From Bacteroidales bacterium (GTDB lineage Bacteria > Bacteroidota > Bacteroidia > Bacteroidales > F082), in the NCBI GenBank assembly GCA_045631805.1, contig JAZQVL010000051.1:4515-68514 (forward strand): 64,000 nt of DNA, in the 5' to 3' direction. Below the pieces are notes generated by a model. It was given only the letters and a program-made list of their open reading frames with translations, was not told where the DNA came from and ran no database searches. The stretch's first letter is position 1, and every line of letters starts with the position of its first letter. Both the position numbers and the translations under genes were made by a program. Below, one piece after another: positions 26,777 through 35,217 of the stretch.

Positions 26777-29260
26777 TTATATTGGGTCAACGTCGATTTG
26801 AATTTTTACTGATTTAAAATCGTTGTTATGCTTGAATTTCTCTATCGTATCTTTAATAAAATCCTTTACCTTATTAGAATACAAATCTTTATTTATCTTT
26901 ATTATCATTTGCTTTATATAAAGATTTTTCACTCTTGACACTATTGGATATTCCGGTCCTAACACATTATCTTTAAAAGCATAACGAAAAGCTCTCGCCA
27001 ATTCCTCGGCAGCCTTATTTAGCTTCATGCTATCAACATCTTTCATTCTTATCAAAATAAGCCGTGAATAAGGAGGATAGTTGAACTGACGACGTACAGG
27101 CATTTGTTCTTCATAAAACCTGACGAAATCGTGGCTCATCACGTTCTGAATCACCTGATGTTGAGGTTGGAATGTCTGTATTATAACCTTACCCTTATCA
27201 CCTTTACGTCCTGCCCTACCACTCACCTGTTCCATCAGCTGAAAGCTTCTTTCGTAAGCTCTGAAATCGGGGAAAGTAAGCATATTGTCGGCATTGAGTA
27301 TCCCTACTGTCTTGACAGAATCGAAGTCAAGTCCTTTGGTCACCATCTGCGTACCGACGAGAATATCTGTTTCTTTATTTTGGAACTGCTCAAGGATATA
27401 TTGGTAACTATTTTTTGTTCTGGTTGTATCTAAGTCGAGGCGAGCGCAATTTGCCTCTGGGAAAACCACTTTCAAATCATCTTCTATTCTCTCGGTTCCG
27501 AATCCATGCATTTTCAAATCGGTGCTTTTACACGACGGACATTCGGCAGGTACGTTAGAAGTATAACCACAATAATGACATTTGAGGATATTCTGATTTT
27601 TGTGATATGTCAAGCTCACATCACAATTTATACATTGCGGTATATAATTGCAATGGTCGCATTCTATTCTTAAAGAAAAACCACGACGGTTTTGGAACAA
27701 GATGACTTGATTTTTCTCTTCGAGCGTCTGATTCATAGTGTCAACAAGCACTTTCCCGAAGTTAGCCTGCATTGTCTTACGACGAGTTTCAATTCTCATG
27801 TCATCGACTATTATTTCAGGCATTTCGACGCCACCATAACGTTCAGTTATCGTAACTAAATGATATTTATTTTGTTTTGCGTTGAAATATGATTCAAATG
27901 AAGGAGTTGCAGATCCAAGCATGAGGCGAGCGTGGAACATTTTCGACATTACGACAGCGAGGTCGCGAGCCGAATAACGAGGAGCAGGGTCAATCTGCTT
28001 GAAAGAGCCGTCGTGTTCCTCATCGACGATAATCAAGCCTATATCATTAAAAGGCAAAAAGATAGCAGAACGAGAACCAATGATGATTTGATATTTAGAA
28101 CTTTTACTACTAAAATTCATCACCTGCTGCCATATTTCAACACGTTCGTTATCATCGTAACGCGAATGATAAACACCGACCTTGTCGCCGAAATATTTCT
28201 TTAATCTATTGATTATTTGCTCAGTCAGAGCTATTTCCGGAAGCAGATAAAGAACCTGTTTACCTTCGTCTATAGCTTCTTGAATAAGTTTGATATAAAT
28301 TTCCGTCTTGCCACTCGCTGTCACACCATGCAGCAAAACAGGTTTTTCCTCAACAAAGCCTTTATGAATATCATCAAAGGCCTCTTGTTGCTTTTCAGTT
28401 AATTGTATTGTATCAACGTTCGTCAGAGCCTTATAATTCTTCAAGCGACTCACTCTTTTCTGGCAAGTTTCGAAAATGCCTTTTTCAATCATAGCCGCCA
28501 TGATAGAACTTGACGCATTAGCTTTTTTCATCAGTTCAGAAGCAATCACATCATTATCGGCGGAGCCTCCAAGCACAAAGAACGCCATGAGCATCTCGAG
28601 TTGTTTATAAGCCCTTTTAGAAAGACTGTCCATCAATTCATGCATGGCAGTTTCTTCACGATATGTGTTCGACAATCTCACATAGCGTTCATATTTGGCC
28701 TTATATTTTTGTTGAAGTTCCTCTTGCATCACGATGATTTTTTTCTCTATCATCGTTTTTATTATCGGCATCACTTTTTTATAGCCAATAATTTTACTAA
28801 CCTCAGTTATCGTAAGTTGCGGCTGAATTTGAAGAGCCTCGACGATAAGAAACTCATTATCGCTAAGATTTTCGCTATCGAGTTCATAATCTTCCGCAAG
28901 AGAAATCTTCGACTCGCTCGACAATTTCAAGGCTGAAGGCAGCGCTGCCTGCATCACTTCTCCTATATAACAAAGATAATAAGAAGAAATCCAGTTCCAA
29001 AGTTTCAGTTGATTCTGATTAATGACAGGCTCATCATCAAGAATGTCGATAATATATTTTATGTTAGTGCAATCGGGGACGTTGTTTGAAAGAGAGATTA
29101 TCAATCCCGACATTATCTTTGTCTTTCCAAACTGAACCACAGCACGTTGCCCGATTCTAACCTTCTCATTAAGTTCAAAGGGGATACGATAGGTGTATGC
29201 GCCAGGAATTGGCAAAGGCAACAATATTTCCGCAAATAACGTAACTCTCTCTTCTGTCAT
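26777..29260 (-). CDS. priA: Primosomal replication-restart helicase PriA
   Basis: Walker A GVTASGKTE, DEEH box IIVDEEHD, and a Cys-rich zinc region (CDHCNY..CINCD..CHYCGY..CPSC). Confidence 0.95.
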   Translation of the reverse strand: MTEERVTLFAEILLPLPIPGAYTYRIPFELNEKVRIGQRAVVQFGKTKIMSGLIISLSNNVPDCTNIKYIIDILDDEPVINQNQLKLWNWISSYYLCYIGEVMQAALPSALKLSSESKISLAEDYELDSENLSDNEFLIVEALQIQPQLTITEVSKIIGYKKVMPIIKTMIEKKIIVMQEELQQKYKAKYERYVRLSNTYREETAMHELMDSLSKRAYKQLEMLMAFFVLGGSADNDVIASELMKKANASSSIMAAMIEKGIFETCQKRVSRLKNYKALTNVDTIQLTEKQQEAFDDIHKGFVEEKPVLLHGVTASGKTEIYIKLIQEAIDEGKQVLYLLPEIALTEQIINRLKKYFGDKVGVYHSRYDDNERVEIWQQVMNFSSKSSKYQIIIGSRSAIFLPFNDIGLIIVDEEHDGSFKQIDPAPRYSARDLAVVMSKMFHARLMLGSATPSFESYFNAKQNKYHLVTITERYGGVEMPEIIVDDMRIETRRKTMQANFGKVLVDTMNQTLEEKNQVILFQNRRGFSLRIECDHCNYIPQCINCDVSLTYHKNQNILKCHYCGYTSNVPAECPSCKSTDLKMHGFGTERIEDDLKVVFPEANCARLDLDTTRTKNSYQYILEQFQNKETDILVGTQMVTKGLDFDSVKTVGILNADNMLTFPDFRAYERSFQLMEQVSGRAGRKGDKGKVIIQTFQPQHQVIQNVMSHDFVRFYEEQMPVRRQFNYPPYSRLILIRMKDVDSMKLNKAAEELARAFRYAFKDNVLGPEYPIVSRVKNLYIKQMIIKINKDLYSNKVKDFIKDTIEKFKHNNDFKSVKIQIDVDPI

Positions 29261-29263
29261 ATA

Positions 29264-30562
29264 TCAATGAGATAAAACTGTTTTTACTCCAATCAACTGA
29301 TCATAATTCTGCGTAGGGTCGAAAAGATATAAATAAACTGTATATTCGTTCAATGTTTCCCAAAAGTTTCCTGCTATTGGAGTAACATCGGCTCTCTCCT
29401 CGCCTCTTTCCTTCACTGCATAAATATAGTCGTAATAGCCTTGTTTCAACAAAAGATTAAGAGCATAGCCTTTACGTTCATAATCGTATGTCATCTTATT
29501 TTTTTCATTTAAATTCCAATCTGTTATCGCTCCCATGATATACACATCTTGCGTTGTCATGACTGGCTCCCATTCCAAGAAAAATTCCACCAAAACATAA
29601 TCGGCCTCCGTCGCAGCGTTTCTGTCATCACGTTCAAGATAAATAATCTTTCCGCCAAACATATCATGGTCGGTAATATAAGCCTGGGTGTTACGTTTCT
29701 GATTAGGATATAACTCAACGATATAATAATCTCTCGCCATCTCTACGTCTTTTGTCTGTTCCGGACGATTATAAAGATTGCTGGTATTAAATCTACGGAA
29801 CTGATTTCCTGAATTAAAGACTGTCATAACATTATTTTCGTATGAAAGATAATCAGGATAGACGTATGTAGGTTTCAATCCCATCACCGCATTATCCCAA
29901 CGTCCGTTCTGCTGTATCGTGACATTAGAATACTGTGAAGCCAATGAATTAAACATATCGGGATATGAAATAGTCATCTCGAGCTGCTGATTGTTGGTTC
30001 CAAGGTTAAGGTCAAAAGGATAGCGAGGAATATTAATATTGAAAGTTGCTCTATCATCAACTATCATAAAACGACGAGTGAAATAAATATTTTCAGGTGT
30101 CAGTTCATCTTCAAAGACGATGAGAAGATAATTGCCTGATATTTTTGGTATCATGTTTTCTGTCGGGAAAACAAGGTCGAAATGCACATAATCGACCATT
30201 GTGTTAAGAGAGAAGGAATAATTCTCAATATCGTCCGATTCAAAACCGTCAAGATATTCTATTTGCTGTATGTCTGACTGCTGGGTCCAATCGTTATTAC
30301 AATGAACGAAAGTATAATACATATATGGAGCATTATTGGCGAAGACGTCGAACTGAAGATGTAATTGTCCCATCATATCATTGAGATGGATGACCGGTTT
30401 CGCAAGAGAATCCAATGTTGGATGAAGAAGCACAGTCTGAACATTTTCGTTATAGTTTTTGTCTGTATAAGATTGCAGCTGCTGCGCATTAGATTGATGA
30501 CAAAAGACTAATGACAAAAGACTAATGACAAAAGTTTTAAGAACGCTGATTTTATTTTTCAT
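29264..30562 (-). CDS. DUF5103-family protein (T9SS plug-protein-like); functional name tentative
   Basis: Signal peptide plus segments I associate with DUF5103: VQTVLLHP, LHLQFD, HCNNDWTQ and ISGNYLLIVFED. This is recognition from memory only. Confidence 0.6.
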   Translation of the reverse strand: MKNKISVLKTFVISLLSLVFCHQSNAQQLQSYTDKNYNENVQTVLLHPTLDSLAKPVIHLNDMMGQLHLQFDVFANNAPYMYYTFVHCNNDWTQQSDIQQIEYLDGFESDDIENYSFSLNTMVDYVHFDLVFPTENMIPKISGNYLLIVFEDELTPENIYFTRRFMIVDDRATFNINIPRYPFDLNLGTNNQQLEMTISYPDMFNSLASQYSNVTIQQNGRWDNAVMGLKPTYVYPDYLSYENNVMTVFNSGNQFRRFNTSNLYNRPEQTKDVEMARDYYIVELYPNQKRNTQAYITDHDMFGGKIIYLERDDRNAATEADYVLVEFFLEWEPVMTTQDVYIMGAITDWNLNEKNKMTYDYERKGYALNLLLKQGYYDYIYAVKERGEERADVTPIAGNFWETLNEYTVYLYLFDPTQNYDQLIGVKTVLSH

Positions 30563-30579
30563 TGTTGTTTTGTTTTATT

Positions 30580-30587
30580 CAAAAATA
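30580..30587 (-). promoter_or_regulatory. -7 promoter box TATTTTTG for the DUF5103-priA operon
   Basis: CAAAAATA on the plus strand, 18 nt upstream of ATG 30562. Confidence 0.5.
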
Positions 30588-30638
30588 ACACTTTTTTAAT
30601 TCATAATTCATAGTGCATAATTATAACGTGAAATAATA

Positions 30639-31664
30639 CTAATTGTTTTCATAAAATAAATTTGGAAATTCTTCAACCCAAACTCCATATTCACCATGTT
30701 TAGATGTCTTCACTTCTCCTTTTTCATCCAGATAAATAAAATACGCCTCAATACCAATACTTGGAATTGGACTAACGATTTCTATTGCTTTTTCCAATCC
30801 CACCACCATACAAATCGAGGCGAGGCAGTCAGCCCAGGCTGTGTTGTCAGCAATAATCGTCGCGCTCAGCAGTCTGTTTTCAGCAGGATAGCCTGTTTTA
30901 GGATTCAAACTGTGAGAATAGCGTTTGCCGCCACGTTCCACATATTTTCTGTAATTGCCAGAAGTTACGATGCTTCTGTTATCCAACACAACTATTTCCT
31001 GAACTATTCTCTCGGAGTCTTTGTTTTCGGCTGGTTTTTCTATTCCCACTTTCCAAAGGTCGCCATTAGGTTTGCCTCCTCTTGCGAGAATCTCACCGCC
31101 CACATCAACCAAAAAATTATTAACGTTTTTAGAGAGAAGGAAATCACCAATCATATCTGTTGTATATCCTTGAGCCACAGCATTGAAATCCAAGGTCATA
31201 TTAGGATTTTCTTTAACGACCTTAGCGTTTTCAATCTTGATTTTACGATAATCGACGAGTTGTTTTAAAGAATCCACTATTTCTGGTGTCATTTCCATAC
31301 CTTCTTTAAAATGAAATCCCCATGCCTGAACGAGAGGACCGACTGTAGGGTCGAAATATCCGTCGGAAAGTTCAGCGGCTCTCATTGCATAATTGAAGTT
31401 ATCGATAAAAATTTTGTTCAAAACGACAGTGGTGTCATTACGATTCACTCTTCTTATAATGGAATTTTCGTCCCACAAAGAAAGCGTATTTTCTATCTCT
31501 TTAAAGATAGAATCGAACTCACGACTGAAGTCACGATTTCGTTCATCATAATAAGTTATTGAATAATAAGAACCTTGTGTAGTTCCAACAAAATGCTGCT
31601 TTTCAACATTTTTGCAATTTGTCAAAAAGCAGCACAACAAAACAGCATATACTATTTTTCTCAT
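30639..31664 (-). CDS. apbE: FAD:protein FMN transferase (ApbE family) lipoprotein
   Basis: Lipobox LLCCFLTNC and ApbE motifs DPTVGPLVQAWGF, AVAQGYTTD and HSLNPKTGYP. Confidence 0.88.
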   Translation of the reverse strand: MRKIVYAVLLCCFLTNCKNVEKQHFVGTTQGSYYSITYYDERNRDFSREFDSIFKEIENTLSLWDENSIIRRVNRNDTTVVLNKIFIDNFNYAMRAAELSDGYFDPTVGPLVQAWGFHFKEGMEMTPEIVDSLKQLVDYRKIKIENAKVVKENPNMTLDFNAVAQGYTTDMIGDFLLSKNVNNFLVDVGGEILARGGKPNGDLWKVGIEKPAENKDSERIVQEIVVLDNRSIVTSGNYRKYVERGGKRYSHSLNPKTGYPAENRLLSATIIADNTAWADCLASICMVVGLEKAIEIVSPIPSIGIEAYFIYLDEKGEVKTSKHGEYGVWVEEFPNLFYENN

Positions 31665-31665
31665 T

Positions 31666-32961
31666 TTAGAATTTAATTTCTCTTATCAACAAACCAGGAT
31701 ACAGATTTCTTCCGCTTACGACTTTGAAAGTAGTTCCGCCCAAGTCTGAATTGACAGCGCCATCTTCCATTGCCATATATCTGTTGTCCCATATTTTATC
31801 TTTTATTGGTTTCAATTCGCCAACTTTCTTGTACTTTGACGTACCTTCTGACGTCTCAATTCTTTCAAGCACTTCGTATTTAGAATTCTCCGACACACCT
31901 TCTTTCAAACCTATTTTAGCTATTACATTTCCTTCTTCATCAATTTCATAAATAGGTTCTTTTATCTTGAACTCTTCATAATTTCTCTGTAATTTCACGA
32001 CAGACTCATCAATAGTACGATAGACCACAATTTTTATAAGCTGCGACAAATCATATACTCCGGCCAACACTGTCTCACCGCAAATAGCCTCTTGAGTTCC
32101 TATATATGACAACTGATAATCAGCGTTTTGCCACGACAAAAACTTTTCTTCGTCATAACAAGAAGGATCAATATAATAATTTTCATAAAAAAAATCGTTG
32201 TCAGCATCTTGCCAATTTAATCTATAAAGATGAGTTTGTATTTTCACGCGGAATCCCTCGAAATCATCAACAATATCGGCTGTAGTTCTTGACAATTCAT
32301 TGATGCTTTTACCTAAATCGCTATACGATTTATCTCCAGAAGACTGTGCCGTCGATTCCAACACAGCACCCATAATTTCCCCAAAAACACGAAATCCTTC
32401 TGCCACATTTTTGTTTCTTTCACCTTTATCAACATAAATAATATCGTGTGCCAAGACAAAAGTATTTCCGATAAGGTCGGTACCTGAATCCATCAAAATT
32501 GATTTTCCGAGTTTTGTAAGTTCAGATGTCTCAATTTGTTCAGTCGATGCGCTTTCGAGACCTCTTATATAGATGAGATTCATATCGCAATAACCAGTAG
32601 AGTCGTTTCTATTAAACCACTTAGCCACCAAATCATTAGCGATATTATTATTATAGATATAATTGTCTATTTTATTTTTCTTTGCATATTTTTTTCCTTT
32701 AGTAACCACCATTTCCACTGGCAAAGAATGATCGTTGAATTTGTCATTTTGAGGACGGGCTTTGTAAGTCATCAATATTTCCTCCGCATATTTCTGGTCG
32801 TCGTGATATATCAAAATGTTATACCAGGAACTGCGATGATATGATGTATTCATATTATCGCTTCTTTTTTTATTGCCGAATATAGCGGCAGACTGTATAG
32901 TATCTTGTGCGAATGCCGTGGCAGAAATTATCAACAATGCAAGTACAAAAATTCTTTTCAT
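31666..32961 (-). CDS. Hypothetical secreted protein (431 aa)
   Basis: Signal peptide MKRIFVLALLIISATAFAQ. I recognise no motif. It is packed tightly between the 166-aa lipoprotein gene and apbE. Confidence 0.6.
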   Translation of the reverse strand: MKRIFVLALLIISATAFAQDTIQSAAIFGNKKRSDNMNTSYHRSSWYNILIYHDDQKYAEEILMTYKARPQNDKFNDHSLPVEMVVTKGKKYAKKNKIDNYIYNNNIANDLVAKWFNRNDSTGYCDMNLIYIRGLESASTEQIETSELTKLGKSILMDSGTDLIGNTFVLAHDIIYVDKGERNKNVAEGFRVFGEIMGAVLESTAQSSGDKSYSDLGKSINELSRTTADIVDDFEGFRVKIQTHLYRLNWQDADNDFFYENYYIDPSCYDEEKFLSWQNADYQLSYIGTQEAICGETVLAGVYDLSQLIKIVVYRTIDESVVKLQRNYEEFKIKEPIYEIDEEGNVIAKIGLKEGVSENSKYEVLERIETSEGTSKYKKVGELKPIKDKIWDNRYMAMEDGAVNSDLGGTTFKVVSGRNLYPGLLIREIKF

Positions 32962-32970
32962 AACAAATAT

Positions 32971-33471
32971 TTAGAAGAGATAATTTAACGGTTTGATAAT
33001 ATTATTGTCAATCAAATAATTGCGAAGCTCATCTTTTTTCACCGACAATGTCACGCTTATTTTATAATCTTTGGAGCCTTTTATTTTGACGATTGTTTTA
33101 GAGCTATTGACAACAGAATTGATAAAGTTGTTATAAATCTTTTGTTCGAAGAAATCGTTCAAAGCCTCTTCGCTTCCATCGAGGCGAGTATCACTATTCA
33201 AGAGAGCTGGCTGGTTTATGGAACCGTTGCCTGCAGGTATTCCTGAATATATGACGCAATGCACAGCATCACTTTTCAATCCGTCGAGATATATTCTTTC
33301 ATCAGTGGTTTTGAAATGATCAGTCACTTTGATAAGATAGGTTCCATCAACGCCGACGCCCATAGTTTCAACGTCGTAACATTTAACCGTAGATGTCATT
33401 TTTTTTGATGTAGAACATGACGCCAAAAGCATTGATACTGCTAATGATAGATAAAGCAAAAATCTTTTCAT
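32971..33471 (-). CDS. Hypothetical lipoprotein (166 aa)
   Basis: Lipobox SMLLASCS. I recognise no motif. Confidence 0.6.
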   Translation of the reverse strand: MKRFLLYLSLAVSMLLASCSTSKKMTSTVKCYDVETMGVGVDGTYLIKVTDHFKTTDERIYLDGLKSDAVHCVIYSGIPAGNGSINQPALLNSDTRLDGSEEALNDFFEQKIYNNFINSVVNSSKTIVKIKGSKDYKISVTLSVKKDELRNYLIDNNIIKPLNYLF

Positions 33472-33489
33472 AATCGGAAATTTTATTAA

Positions 33490-33497
33490 ACAAAAGT
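33490..33497 (-). promoter_or_regulatory. -7 promoter box TACTTTTG for the lipoprotein-431aa-apbE operon
   Basis: CAAAAGTA on the plus strand, 19 nt upstream of ATG 33471. Confidence 0.5.
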
Positions 33498-33525
33498 AAA
33501 GATGATAATTTAAAAAGTCAAGAAA

Positions 33526-33600
33526 AAAAGTGCTTCAGAGAAAAAATCTTAAAGCACTTTTATGTATGATTTTAAAAAAGAGACGCCTTAACGACGTCTC
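33526..33600 (-). terminator. Two tandem minus-strand terminator hairpins after the 66-aa ORF
   Basis: Hairpin 33580-33600 (GAGACG/CGTCTC) is followed by T6 on the minus strand. Hairpin 33526-33560 (AAGTGCTT/AAGCACTT) is followed by T7 on the minus strand. Confidence 0.7.
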
Positions 33601-33611
33601 TCTTGATATTT

Positions 33612-33812
33612 TTAATGATTATGTGTCTTGTTTTTCTTGCAGCTCCCATCGCCTTTGCCGCCGCAAGTACATTTTGCATCCGGGTCTAAGGAGTGAGCGC
33701 ATTTACGTTCAAACTGTCCGTCTTTTTTCACGAACATCTTGATTCCGATGGCTACGAAAACGACAGCCATGATAACTATTGCCGGAGCCAATATCAAAAA
33801 GAAAGTATTCAT
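33612..33812 (-). CDS. Small single-pass Cys-rich membrane protein (66 aa)
   Basis: One TM helix (FFLILAPAIVIMAVVFVAIGI), then four Cys residues (C-x9-C-x-C-x7-C) in a Lys/Gly/Asp-rich tail. It starts 9 nt after the tyrS stop. Confidence 0.55.
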   Translation of the reverse strand: MNTFFLILAPAIVIMAVVFVAIGIKMFVKKDGQFERKCAHSLDPDAKCTCGGKGDGSCKKNKTHNH

Positions 33813-33821
33813 GCCTTATTT

Positions 33822-35114
33822 TTATTCAGCTATGATGAGATAATAGTTTTTCTTTCCTTTTTGAACGAGAATATATTTGTCGTTAAGCAAAGATTCTTTA
33901 TTGACCATGTCTGATTCGGCTACCTTTTCTTTATTGATAGAAACGCCGTTGCCTTGTAACATTTTGCGAGCTTCGCCTTTTGAAGAGAACACTTCTGTCT
34001 GTACGAGGAACTCAACTATTGGCATGCCAGCTTCCAATGAAGATTTAGCTATTTTAGCTTGAGGGACGCCTTCGAGGATGCTCAACAATGTTGCTTCATC
34101 AAATTTATGGAGAGCCTCTGAAGTTCCTTTTCCGAAGAGTATTTGTGAAGCCTCTTCAGCCATTTCGAAATCTTCTTTTGAGTGAACCATTGTAGTGATT
34201 TCACGAGCGAGCGTACGTTGAAGTTCGCGGAGATGAGGTTCTTTTTCATGACGTTTGATGAGAGCGTCTATTTCCTCTTTGCTCAACAATGTGAATATCT
34301 TGATATATTTAGCAGCGTCGTCGTCAGAGCAATTCATCCAGAACTGATAGAATGCGTATGGTGATGTCTTAGCAGGGTCGAGCCAGATGTTACCTTTTTC
34401 TGTCTTGCCGAACTTACCGCCGTCAGCTTTGGTGATGAGAGGACATGTAAGAGCGTAAGCTGTTTCATCTGAACCGAGTTTACGACGAATCAATTCTGTA
34501 CCTGTTGTGATGTTACCCCATTGGTCAGAGCCACCGAGTTGGAGTTTACAGTTTTTATTTTGATATAAATACAAGAAGTCGTAACCTTGAACGAGCTGGT
34601 AGCTGAACTCTGTGAATGACATACCTTCGCCTTCGCCGCTGAAGCGTTTCTTAACGCTGTCTTTCGCCATCATATAGTTAACAGTGATATGTTTACCGAT
34701 GTCGCGGATGAAGTTAAGGAAAGAATAATTTCTCATCCAGTCGTAGTTGTTGACGAGTTCTGCTCTGTTAGGAGCGTCGCTTTCGAAGTCTAAGAATTTA
34801 GCGAGCTGTTTCTTGATGCAATTTTGGTTATGATTTAATATCTCATCATTAAGCAAGATACGTTCCGCTGATTTTCCCGAAGGGTCGCCGATCATACCTG
34901 TCGCTCCACCGAGGAGTGCGAGAGGTTTATGACCTGCATGTTGGAAATGGCGAAGCATCATAATACCGCAAAGGTGACCTATATGAAGAGAGTCGGCAGT
35001 CGGGTCGATACCGAGATAAGCCGTTGTCATTTCTTTTTTAAGTTGTTCTTCAGTACCTGGAGTCATGCTGTGAAGCATACCACGCCAGTATAATTCTTCT
35101 ACGAAATTTTTCAT
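33822..35114 (-). CDS. tyrS: Tyrosine--tRNA ligase
   Basis: HIGH motif (SLHIGHL), KMSKS variant (KFGKTEKG) and a C-terminal S4-like domain. The start is set at ATG 35114 ([14 protein letters not shown]), because a -7 box lies inside the ORF-track extension to 35159. Confidence 0.95.
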   Translation of the reverse strand: MKNFVEELYWRGMLHSMTPGTEEQLKKEMTTAYLGIDPTADSLHIGHLCGIMMLRHFQHAGHKPLALLGGATGMIGDPSGKSAERILLNDEILNHNQNCIKKQLAKFLDFESDAPNRAELVNNYDWMRNYSFLNFIRDIGKHITVNYMMAKDSVKKRFSGEGEGMSFTEFSYQLVQGYDFLYLYQNKNCKLQLGGSDQWGNITTGTELIRRKLGSDETAYALTCPLITKADGGKFGKTEKGNIWLDPAKTSPYAFYQFWMNCSDDDAAKYIKIFTLLSKEEIDALIKRHEKEPHLRELQRTLAREITTMVHSKEDFEMAEEASQILFGKGTSEALHKFDEATLLSILEGVPQAKIAKSSLEAGMPIVEFLVQTEVFSSKGEARKMLQGNGVSINKEKVAESDMVNKESLLNDKYILVQKGKKNYYLIIAE

Positions 35115-35148
35115 AGCATTATATTTTATATCTGTTTTTACTTTTGTG

Positions 35149-35156
35149 CAAAGATA
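35149..35156 (-). promoter_or_regulatory. -7 promoter box TATCTTTG for tyrS
   Basis: CAAAGATA on the plus strand, 35 nt upstream of ATG 35114. Confidence 0.55.
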
Positions 35157-35217
35157 CATTTTTTTTTAAATCTTAGAAAGCAAATTCTAAAAACCTAAAA
35201 AAATTGAACGTCTTTTA

